Below, piece by piece: positions 9,900 to 18,517 of a DNA stretch of 64,000 bases. Positions within the stretch are counted from its first letter, which is position 1; the number at the start of each line of letters is the position of its first letter. This DNA is from Candidatus Marinacidobacterales bacterium (GTDB taxonomy: Bacteria > Acidobacteriota > Vicinamibacteria > Marinacidobacterales > SMYC01). The position numbers and the translations under genes are program-made. The notes under the pieces were generated by a model, which was given only the letters and a program-made list of their open reading frames with translations, made no database searches and was not told the origin of the DNA. Location of the stretch: positions 3,264,001 to 3,328,000 of the forward strand of contig OZ250169.1 of NCBI GenBank assembly GCA_965237955.1, read 5' to 3'.

Positions 9900-10664
9900 T
9901 CAACGGCGATTACCGGAATCGATCTCGGACATAACGTAAGAACCGCTCCGCTCGTCTTTCGTGATCTTGAACAGTCCGAGGCGGGCCCCGTCTTCGACGA
10001 GCTCACTGAAATTGGAGTACCCGTAAGCGGTCTCGTTGAACGACGGCTGCTTCCGCTTCGTCGTCTGCTTGACCATCGAGCTCCACAGAATCTGCTTGTC
10101 CTCGCGTCGTAGAGCGGCCATGGCGTCGAGGATCATGGCGAACGCTTTCTGCTTCGTCTTCGGGAGTTTGCTGACGCGCCCGGAAGCGCTCCGTGGCTTG
10201 TTGACGAGATCGTCGTAGAAGATGAACTCGTCGCACGCCGCGGCAAGCAGATCCGAGGTTGACTTTCTGAGGCCTACGCCGATGACGGTCTTGTCGTTCT
10301 CTTTCAGCTTGGACACGAGCGGCGCGAAGTCGCTGTCTCCGGAGACGATCGCGAAGTAGTTGATGTGCTCCTTGGAGTAGCACAGGTCCATCGCATCGAC
10401 GACCATCTTGATGTCCGCGCTGTTTTTTCCGCTGTAGCGCCGTTGTGGAATGTCGGTGAGCTCGATGCCGGCTTCGTGCAGGGGTTTCTTGTACTTCTTG
10501 TAGACCGCCCAGTCCGCGTAGGCCTTCTTGACGACGATCTTTCCCTTCTCCACGAGACGAGCGAGCACGTGGCCGATCTCGAACGCCTGGAGCTTGGACT
10601 CCTCGGCGCCGAGGGCGACGTTCTCGAGGTCGATGAACAGAGCCAGCTTTGGTTCTTCGGGCAT
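9900..10664 (-). CDS. NYN (PIN-like) domain protein with C-terminal LOTUS/OST-HTH domain
   Basis: FIDLENV, GKNSADIKM, SGDSDF, PSFNETAYGYSNF. Confidence 0.9.
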   Translation of the reverse strand: MPEEPKLALFIDLENVALGAEESKLQAFEIGHVLARLVEKGKIVVKKAYADWAVYKKYKKPLHEAGIELTDIPQRRYSGKNSADIKMVVDAMDLCYSKEHINYFAIVSGDSDFAPLVSKLKENDKTVIGVGLRKSTSDLLAAACDEFIFYDDLVNKPRSASGRVSKLPKTKQKAFAMILDAMAALRREDKQILWSSMVKQTTKRKQPSFNETAYGYSNFSELVEDGARLGLFKITKDERSGSYVMSEIDSGNRR

Positions 10665-10682
10665 GGAGCAGAATGTAGCAGA

Positions 10683-11624
10683 TTACGTGCGCGAGCGCTC
10701 GCGTGTGGCCGGGCAGCACCCGGCATCGCAAGCGGGTCCTGGTGCTTCGACGAGCTCCCTAACCATGCGAACGAAACGCGGATGGGTGCCGACGGTTTTC
10801 GCTCGGACCACGCGAAGACCCAGCTCGTCGGCGAGATCCTTGGCTTCGACGTCGAGGTCGTAGACGACTTCCATGTGGTCGCACACGAAACCGATGGGTG
10901 CGATGGCGACATCGCGCACTCCCTCTCGGTGAACCTCGCGCATGGCGTCGAGCACGTCTGGACCGAGCCACGGTACAGAAGGCGGTCCGCTCCTGCTCTG
11001 GTACACGAGCCGCGCGTCGAGATCACCCCGGAGTCGTGCCTTCATGCGTTCGAGCTCGGCGGCATAGTCGCAGGTCGACGCCATCGATTCGGGAAGGCTG
11101 TGCGCGGTGAACAACACCGTCGGACTCTTGGCGCCGAGCTCCGAGAGCGCATCGCGCAACCGCTCACGGTTCGCTTCGATGAAGCCTGGGTGGTCGCAAA
11201 ACGGGGGAATCTTCGCAACGCGCGGCACACCGTCGCCGACGTCGGCACGGGCCGCCTCGATGTTCTCGAGGTACTGTCGGCAGCTCGAGTACGAGCTGTA
11301 CGCCGACGTCACGAACGCGATAGCGCGCTCGATGCCCGCGCTCGCCATCTCGGAAAGCGTGTCCGCAAGAAACGGGTGCCAGTTCCGATTCCCCCAGTAC
11401 ACGGTAAGCTCGGGGATTTCTGAGCGGATCGCCTCGACGAGCGCGCGCGTTTCCGCATTGATGGGACTCACGCCCCCGAAACGCTGGTACCGATCCGCCA
11501 CGAGCTGCAATCGCTTCTCCGGAACGTCTCTGCCACGCGCGACATTCCGAAGAAACGGCATGACATCGTCCGGCTTTTCCGGTCCTCCAAAGGATACAAC
11601 TAGGACTGCGTCGTAGTTGTGCAT
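10683..11624 (-). CDS. hemH: Ferrochelatase
   Basis: SFGGPE, GGVSPIN, FTAHSLP, QSRSG...PWLGPD, GFVCDHMEVVYDLD; start taken as MHNYD. Confidence 0.92.
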   Translation of the reverse strand: MHNYDAVLVVSFGGPEKPDDVMPFLRNVARGRDVPEKRLQLVADRYQRFGGVSPINAETRALVEAIRSEIPELTVYWGNRNWHPFLADTLSEMASAGIERAIAFVTSAYSSYSSCRQYLENIEAARADVGDGVPRVAKIPPFCDHPGFIEANRERLRDALSELGAKSPTVLFTAHSLPESMASTCDYAAELERMKARLRGDLDARLVYQSRSGPPSVPWLGPDVLDAMREVHREGVRDVAIAPIGFVCDHMEVVYDLDVEAKDLADELGLRVVRAKTVGTHPRFVRMVRELVEAPGPACDAGCCPATRERSRT

Positions 11625-11662
11625 CCTGAGAAATCTACCATGCGGTTGCGTTCGACGCGGGG

Positions 11663-11803
11663 CATCCAGCATTCAGCATCCAGCATCCAGTTCACTTTAC
11701 GCCCCACCGGTAATCAGCGTTTCTCGTCGGCGCGGCCCACCCGTTAAGCGAAATCGACTGTTACCGGCACGGCGCGAGTTGAACTGAATGCTGAATGCTG
11801 AAT
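11663..11803. repeat. ~140-bp imperfect palindrome with terminal 7-bp tandem units (CAGCATY)
   Basis: ATTCAGCATCCAGCATCCAGTTCA (11671-11694) pairs with TGAACTGAATGCTGAATGCTGAAT (11780-11803); inner CCGGTAA/TTACCGG also pair. Confidence 0.8.
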
Positions 11804-12670
11804 CTAGCCCAATATAAGACCTACCCCGACCATCATGACCAGTACCGCCACCACCTGAACGGGGCGCACGCGCTCTCCGAAGACGACGCGCCCTAACGTC
11901 ACGGCCATGATGGTGCCGAGCGAGCGTTTGAACGCTTCCACGACCGAGACGAACACTCGCTGGATCGCGAGGAGTTGGAACAACAGCGCCACGGTCACCG
12001 CGATCATCGAGCCGACCAGGAGCCATCCATGGCTCCGAGCACCTCGCAGTGCGTCGAGACGTCCCTGTAGCCACAGAATCACGAGCGCGCCGACGGCGAC
12101 GCCGAGCGTCATGACGTTCGCGTGGAACAACACGCTTGCATGCGTCAACGCTAGCTTGTCCAACGGGCCGGAGAGCGACCACATCAACGCCACGCCGACC
12201 ATCACCAGTGCTCCCTTCTCCTGGAACAAGCCCGCAAACGGTCGGCGGACGTTGGCGTTGCTTCCGAGAGCCGTCGCGCCCGCCACGACGAGGAGAATGC
12301 CGGCGGTTTGAGCGCGGCTCGGCACTTCGCCGAGGAGCGGGATGGCCATGAGCGCAGTGAACGCCGGGGTAAGCGACAAAAGCGGTATGGTCCGGCTCAA
12401 CGGCGACAAACGGACCGAGTGGATGAACGCGAAGTTTCCCGCCAAATTCAGAGCGAGCGCTCCGAGACCGGGAAGCAAGTATCCGATCGAGACGCTTCCG
12501 ATGCCCTGGAATGCGATCAGGATCGCGATAAAGGGAACCGCACCGAGCGACATGAAAAAGACGAGCGCGAGCGCGTCGACGCGACCAGCCAGTAGCTTTC
12601 GGATGAGGTCGAGGCTCGCGAACGCGAGGCCCGACAGGACCATGTAGATGATGTGGATCGAGAGCACCAC
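11804..12670 (-). CDS. DMT/EamA family transporter
   Basis: About 10 TM segments; SPLSRTIPLLSLTPAF...LLGE; FGE in the second repeat. Confidence 0.85.
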   Translation of the reverse strand: MVLSIHIIYMVLSGLAFASLDLIRKLLAGRVDALALVFFMSLGAVPFIAILIAFQGIGSVSIGYLLPGLGALALNLAGNFAFIHSVRLSPLSRTIPLLSLTPAFTALMAIPLLGEVPSRAQTAGILLVVAGATALGSNANVRRPFAGLFQEKGALVMVGVALMWSLSGPLDKLALTHASVLFHANVMTLGVAVGALVILWLQGRLDALRGARSHGWLLVGSMIAVTVALLFQLLAIQRVFVSVVEAFKRSLGTIMAVTLGRVVFGERVRPVQVVAVLVMMVGVGLILG

Positions 12671-12683
12671 GGACGGCGCGACG

Positions 12684-14093
12684 TCAGACTGTCGGTAGCT
12701 CGGCCTGTTCGAGCTGGACGCGAATGCGCTCCAGGAACTGAAATCCGGTGGCGCCGTCGATCACACGGTGATCGAATGTGAGAGCGAGGACCATGATCGG
12801 CCGAATCGCGATGGCATCCTCGACGACGACGGGTTTTTTCTGGATCGCGCCGAGCCCGAGGATCGCGACCTGGGGTTGCGCGATCATGGGAGTGCCGGTA
12901 AGACCACCGAACATTCCGGGATTGGTGATGGTGAACGTCGCGCCTTGAACGTCCACGGGAAGCAGACCCCGCGTGCGTGCCTTCTCCGCGACGGTGTGAA
13001 TACCACGGGCAAGGCCGGTGAAGTTCATCTCGTCGGCATTGCGGATGACGGGGACGATGAGCCCCTGCTCGAGAGCAACGGCGATACCGAGGTGAACGTG
13101 TTTTTTGAAAGCGATCTGATCGCCTATTACCGACAAGTTGAAGATCGGGAACTCCTTGAGAGCGCGAATGGTCGCATCCGCCACGAAGGGAAGGAACGTG
13201 AGCGGGACGCCGTTCGTTTCTTCGAATCGGGCCCGATGCTCGTCGCGATAGCGGACGATACGATGCATATCGCACTCGGTGAACGACGTGACTTGAGCCG
13301 AGATTTGCTGGCTCCAGATCATGTGCTCGGCGATCTGTTGCCGCATGGTGTTCATCGGCACGAGCATGTCGTCGGGCTCAGGCTGATAGAGGTATTGAGC
13401 CGGTGGTGTTGCGGTCGTTCCCTGGGCTTGCGACACGGCAGCCGTTGCCGGCGGCGCCGGCTTCGGTGCGATGACGGCCGGTGGTGGCGACGCACCGGCC
13501 GCGGGTCGTCGCTCGAGATAGCCGAGAACATCTTTCTTGGTGATGCGTCCACCGCGCCCCGAGCCCGGGATCGAAAAGAGCTCTTCCAAGGGGAGGTTGT
13601 GCTTCGCCGCAAGCGCGGCCACGACAGGTGAGAGTTGTCCGTGCCGCGTACCGGCGGCTGCGGCAGGGGTTTTCTGAGTTTCTGGGGACGGCGGAGGCGG
13701 CGGCGACGGTGGTGGTGGCGTGGCGTGTTGTTTGTCGCGACGCTGGAACGTCTGCGGCTGGTGAGACGAGCGGAAGTGACCGCCTCCTTCAGTGGTTTGC
13801 TCCGCTTTCGGTACGGTTTCCTGGGTGGTTGCGGCCGTGGAAGTGGCGACGGCCTTGCCATCACCGACCATACCCACGATGGTTCCGACCGCGACGGTCT
13901 CGCCTTCTTGAACCAGGATTTGCTCGAGGACACCGGCCGCGGGCGACGGGACTTCGGTGTCTACTTTGTCGGTCGTAATCTCGAACAGCGGCTCGTCGCG
14001 CTCGACGCGGTCGCCTGGTTTCTTGTGCCACTTGGTGATCGTGCCTTCGGCGATGCTTTCGCCCATCTGAGGCATGACGACTTGGGTGGACAT
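12684..14093 (-). CDS. 2-oxoacid dehydrogenase E2 (dihydrolipoamide acyltransferase)
   Basis: Lipoyl domain MPQMGESIAEG...TDKVDTE, E3-binding GSGRGGRITKKDV, catalytic DHRVIDG; start at MSTQ. Confidence 0.93.
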   Translation of the reverse strand: MSTQVVMPQMGESIAEGTITKWHKKPGDRVERDEPLFEITTDKVDTEVPSPAAGVLEQILVQEGETVAVGTIVGMVGDGKAVATSTAATTQETVPKAEQTTEGGGHFRSSHQPQTFQRRDKQHATPPPPSPPPPPSPETQKTPAAAAGTRHGQLSPVVAALAAKHNLPLEELFSIPGSGRGGRITKKDVLGYLERRPAAGASPPPAVIAPKPAPPATAAVSQAQGTTATPPAQYLYQPEPDDMLVPMNTMRQQIAEHMIWSQQISAQVTSFTECDMHRIVRYRDEHRARFEETNGVPLTFLPFVADATIRALKEFPIFNLSVIGDQIAFKKHVHLGIAVALEQGLIVPVIRNADEMNFTGLARGIHTVAEKARTRGLLPVDVQGATFTITNPGMFGGLTGTPMIAQPQVAILGLGAIQKKPVVVEDAIAIRPIMVLALTFDHRVIDGATGFQFLERIRVQLEQAELPTV

Positions 14094-14098
14094 GGTGT

Positions 14099-15073
14099 TC
14101 AGTGCTCCAATAACTGCTTGGCTGTCGTCTCGATTTTTTCCGCCGACGGGAGAACCGCGTCTTCGAGAATAGGGCTGAAAGGAATTGGTACATCGAGTGA
14201 GCCGATACGTTTCACCGGCGCATCGAGAGCGTCCCAAGCTTCCTCGACAATGATGGACGCGACTTCGCCGCCGAAACCTGACGTCAGGTGCGCCTCGTGC
14301 ACGACGAGGGCCTTTCCCGTTTTCCGAACGCTCGTAAGGAACGTCTCCTTGTCCAAAGGGGCGAGACTTCTGAGATCGATGACCTCGATGTCGGCGCCCT
14401 TCTCCGCGAGACGCTCTGCCACGTCGAGGCATGTGTGCACCATCGCGCCGTAAGTCACGATGGTGAGATCGTTTCCCTCGCGTTTGACGTCCGCGACGCC
14501 GAGGGGCACTTCGTAATCGTCCTCGGGGACGTCCTCGCGGATACGCCGGTACAGATGTTTGTGCTCGAGGTAGATGACCGGATTGTTGTCGCGGATGGCA
14601 GCCTTCAGCATGCCTTTGGCTTCATAAGGCGTCGAAGGCTGAACGACTTTGAGTCCGGCGACATGAGTAAACCAGGCTTCCGGGTTTTGGGAGTGAAAGG
14701 GCCCGCCGCGGAACCCGCCGCCGGACGGACCGCGCAGTACCACCGGTACGGGAATCCCCCAACGGTAGTAGCACTTCGCGGCGAAGTTGACGATTTGGTC
14801 GAACGCGCACGCGATGAAATCGGCGAATTGAAACTCCACCACGGGCCTAAAGCCCATAATGGCCGCACCACAGGCAGCGCCGGTAAACCCGGACTCGGAA
14901 ATCGGCGTATCGATGACCCGCTCTTCACCGAACTCCTCGACGAAGCCCTGGGTGACCTTGAACGCACCCCCGAAAACACCGATGTCTTCGCCCATGAGAA
15001 ACACAGCGGGATCGCGGCGCATCTCTTCGCGGAGCGCCTGGCTGATAGCGTCCAAATAGGTGACTACGGCCAT
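14099..15073 (-). CDS. 2-oxoacid dehydrogenase E1 beta subunit
   Basis: GEDIGVFGGAF, DTPISESG, EFQFADF, HSQNPE. Confidence 0.93.
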   Translation of the reverse strand: MAVVTYLDAISQALREEMRRDPAVFLMGEDIGVFGGAFKVTQGFVEEFGEERVIDTPISESGFTGAACGAAIMGFRPVVEFQFADFIACAFDQIVNFAAKCYYRWGIPVPVVLRGPSGGGFRGGPFHSQNPEAWFTHVAGLKVVQPSTPYEAKGMLKAAIRDNNPVIYLEHKHLYRRIREDVPEDDYEVPLGVADVKREGNDLTIVTYGAMVHTCLDVAERLAEKGADIEVIDLRSLAPLDKETFLTSVRKTGKALVVHEAHLTSGFGGEVASIIVEEAWDALDAPVKRIGSLDVPIPFSPILEDAVLPSAEKIETTAKQLLEH

Positions 15074-15096
15074 AAAACGGCGCAGTATATCATGCG

Positions 15097-15130
15097 GCCT
15101 GACACGGCGGATTCCCTCGCCGTGTCAGGC
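15097..15130. other. Perfect 13-bp stem hairpin between the desaturase and E1-beta genes
   Basis: GCCTGACACGGCG-gattccct-CGCCGTGTCAGGC; no U-tract, so not clearly an intrinsic terminator. Confidence 0.6.
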
Positions 15131-15276
15131 GGCGCCATCCGCCAGGGGACTATCTGAAGCGCTTTCTTCTACAGTCCCACTTTAGGGTTGTTTCTTCGGT
15201 CGCCGCTCCTGCGTGATACCTGGGAATCGTTCGAGCCGTGGGAATCGTCGGAACGAAGGCCGTCTGCGGCGAACGG

Positions 15277-16090
15277 TCACGAACCCACCGGCGCGCTCGG
15301 CGAACCCGCGAGGGCGAAATAGTTCAGGTCCTCGATCCTCTCGAGAAACGGGGTTCGCCACAGCCATCGCAAATATCGGACGCCGAAACGCCGCTCCTGA
15401 TAGTAGTTCGGGTACGCCTGCCGAATAGCGCGGGCGGCTTTCTTCAGGTTGTACCAGGGCATGGCGGGGGCGACGTGATGCGGGATGTGGATAGTTCCGT
15501 AGCACCAGACGTACTCGAGCCACCGTGGAAATCGAACGTCGAACGTCGACACCAGTTGTCCGCGAACCGGCGTCCACCCGTCCGCCTCGTACCAGAGGCT
15601 GTTCTCGTTCGCATGCTGGATCGTGACAATGACCCAGCTCGTAACCATGGCCGCGGTTGCCGGCACACCGTGGTACTTGAGCGCCCCCCAAAAGCCGAAC
15701 CAATACCACAACCCGCCGTAGATCCCGGCGAGCGCCACGCCCATCGCCGCGTTGGAGCAGAAGAGAGGCCACCGCTCCCGGGCCAGTGGCCCCGCGGCGA
15801 ACATCTGGTGCAACATGAAGACGCGTCGAATGGTGTTCCAGGCGATCCAGAGGAAGATGCCGCAGGGCACGGCGTAGCCCACGCGCGTCATCACGGACGG
15901 ACGAGAGTTGGGCGACTCGAACTCGTCCCGAGTGACCAGGTAGCCGGCCCAGTCGACGTCGTGGCCGCGAAGCTGGGTGAACGCATGGTGGCGCTCGTGC
16001 GTGAGCCTCCAGGAATGAAAACTGTTCGCGAGCGGCGCCAGACATAACCATCCGACGAGACTATTGAACCGTCGGCTCGACGAAAACGAG
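15277..16090 (-). pseudogene. Fatty acid desaturase (omega-6/delta-12 type), N-terminus removed at the IS end
   Basis: His boxes HERHH and HIPHH are present; the first His box is cut at SFS, exactly at the IS left IR. Confidence 0.8.
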
Positions 16091-17179
16091 CTGCCTTGGT
16101 GCACAACTCGCGATCTCGGTCCACAATTGTCCTTTACTCACGGATTCGAGGTTCCCCATGAGCATTTTCAAACGCACTCAGCGGAAGTATGTGAAGAAGG
16201 CCTATCGCGTGAGGAATTGGCGTGAATATGAGGCGGGTCTACGCAACCGTGGGAGCCTGACCGTCTGGATCTCGCTCACCGCCGGCAAGCTTGTGAACTG
16301 GGACGCGCCCCGGCCGAGGAGGAGGAAACCGGGCCGTCAACGCAAGTACTCGAACCACGCCATCGAGACGGCTGTCACCCTGGGCATGGTGTTTCATCTG
16401 TCATCTAGGCAGAGCGAGGGATTGCTGCGATCGTTGTTCGCTCTGATGAAGCTAGACAATGATGTGCCCGATCACACCACGATTTCGAGGCGCAAGGCGA
16501 AGCTGGGTAAGGTCCCCTTCTACCAAGACAAGCAGAAGACGCCGTTGCACATCTTGATCGACAGCAGCGGTCTCGCTGTCCACGCCGGCCAGCTGCGCAG
16601 AGCACCAAAGAGCAGGGACTATCGCAAGCTCCATCTGTGTGTCGACGAGCAGACTGGCGAAGTCGTCGCCGGCGAGCTGACGAGCAAAAGAGCCCGCGAT
16701 TCATCGCGGGTTGCATCGCTTGTCGGACAGATCGACAGTCCCATCTCATCTGCCAGAGCTGACACCGCATACGACGCCAGCGGCGTCTATGAGGCGATCG
16801 AGAATCACAGCGCTCATCGCTCGCCGAGGGTGCTGATACCGCCGCGCAAGGGCGCCCAGCTCGCATCGGGGCCGGCGAGCAGCCGACAGCGCAATCGCAA
16901 CATTGCAGCACAAGCTCGGCTCGGCAAACGAAAGTGGCACACAGAATCGGGCTACAGCAAACGGAGCAAAGTCGAGACAACGTTCCATCGCTACAAGGCT
17001 ATCGTGGGCTCAGCGATGCGAGCGAGAGGGTTGGCGGCACAGAGAGTCGAGGCAAGGATCGGGTGCAAGATTCTCAACACCATGACGGCGCTCGGGATGC
17101 CTGATAGCGAGATGATCGGATGATGGGAGTCGGGGCCAAGCGAGCTCTCGGCCTCTATCGGAGTTGTGCACCAAGGCAG
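16091..17179 (+). mobile_element. IS5-family (IS903-like) insertion sequence
   Basis: Perfect 19-bp terminal IR CTGCCTTGGTGCACAACTC (16091-16109 / 17161-17179); no target duplication; different genes on each side. Confidence 0.9.
16158..17123 (+). CDS. IS5-family DDE transposase, apparently intact
   Basis: NWREYEAGLRNRGSLTVW, PDHTTISRR, IDSSG, ADTAYD, SKVETTF. Confidence 0.92.
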   Translation: MSIFKRTQRKYVKKAYRVRNWREYEAGLRNRGSLTVWISLTAGKLVNWDAPRPRRRKPGRQRKYSNHAIETAVTLGMVFHLSSRQSEGLLRSLFALMKLDNDVPDHTTISRRKAKLGKVPFYQDKQKTPLHILIDSSGLAVHAGQLRRAPKSRDYRKLHLCVDEQTGEVVAGELTSKRARDSSRVASLVGQIDSPISSARADTAYDASGVYEAIENHSAHRSPRVLIPPRKGAQLASGPASSRQRNRNIAAQARLGKRKWHTESGYSKRSKVETTFHRYKAIVGSAMRARGLAAQRVEARIGCKILNTMTALGMPDSEMIG

Positions 17180-18517
17180 GATGTTGCCGGTAAAAAACGG
17201 CGGCTCCGCCTTCTGGTCGAAGACGAGGTTGAGCGCGTCGATGAGTGCCGGAGTGGAGCGGAAATTCTCGACGAGGGGCACCATCGCGCTTCTCGCCACG
17301 AGCGCGCTCCGCGCTTCGAGGTACACGTGCACGTCGGCACCAAGAAAACCGTAGATGGCCTGCTTGGGGTCGCCTATTAGTCTCAACGGTGTTTTGGCGC
17401 CGTCGACGAAGAAGACCTTCCGGAAGATACTCCACTGTATCTCGTCGGTATCCTGGAACTCGTCGATGAGAACCGAGCGGTAGCGAGCTCGAAGCATCCG
17501 GGTAAGCTCGGCGCCGCGCGGGCCGTCGAGGCTCTCGTCGACGCGGCTCAACATGTCGTCGAAATCGAAAAGACCTTCCTCTCGCTTCATACGAGCGAGA
17601 CGGTCCATGACGAGCGGAAGAAACTGCACGACCACCGCCCTCGACAATGACGGCGCCGCAACCGCAAGCTCGGCAAGCTCGTCGGGGCCCCCGAGCTGGG
17701 CATTCAGGTAGCGAAGCTCGACGTCGTCGAGCACGGCGACATTGTGAGCTCGTTGATAGTTCGCGAGGGCGTCGTGCACGCCCTCCAGGTTCCGGAGCAC
17801 TTTTGCGATCGACCCGCGCCGGACGCCCGCGTCGACGAGCTCGGCCGACGACATCCTTGTCGTTTTGAAACTGGAGGCGACGTTTTCGAGGTGCGTCGCG
17901 TCGAAACCGGGAATGACCGGCGCACGCTGCCGCGAGGATTCGTAGAGAAGCTCCTCGAGAGCGTGGACGCTGGATTGCTGAACTTCCAGCCAAGCGAGGA
18001 GATACGGTAGAAGCTCCTCACGTCGGGCGAGCTCGGTGCGGAGAACGTCTTTGAACGCTCGCGAGAATGCCTCGCGCTCGTCGATGTGGCGTTCGTCGAA
18101 AAGATCACCGTTGAGAAACGCGTTCTCCATCAAGATGGAGTGACAGAAACCGTGGATGGTCGCAATCGAGGCACGATCGAACTCGATGCGGGCTGTTTCG
18201 AGCCGTTCACGAGTCGTATCGTCCAAGACCCAGCAGTTCTCGGGCGAGAGCGTGGTGGTCGTGTGCTCGAGCGCTAAGAGCTCGCTTATCTTCGACCGGA
18301 TGCGCCGTTTGAGCTCTGCCGTCGCTCTCTCGGTGAAGGTAACGACGAGGATCTCGTCGATGCTCGTACCGCGAGTAATGAGGTCCACGACGAGGTGCTC
18401 GATGGTGTGAGTCTTTCCCGTTCCCGCGGAGGCTTCAATGATCGCGTGCCCATACTCGGGAATTCGGATCACGGCTTCCGGCTTGGGATAGCGCGGAAAA
18501 TCGCGGGGAGTGCTCAC
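17180..18517 (-). pseudogene. recB: Exodeoxyribonuclease V beta (RecB), truncated by the IS
   Basis: EASAGTGKT, VTFTERAT, TIHGFC, DEFQDTD, IGDPKQAIY, NFRS; the second helicase half and the nuclease domain are absent. Confidence 0.85.

Noticed and set aside
6474-11803. Short periodic repeats as CRISPR arrays
   Set aside because: Units are 7-9 bp, tandem, without spacers; no cas genes.
13440-13730. Pro/Ala-rich low-complexity stretch
   Set aside because: Ordinary flexible linkers of E2 acyltransferases.
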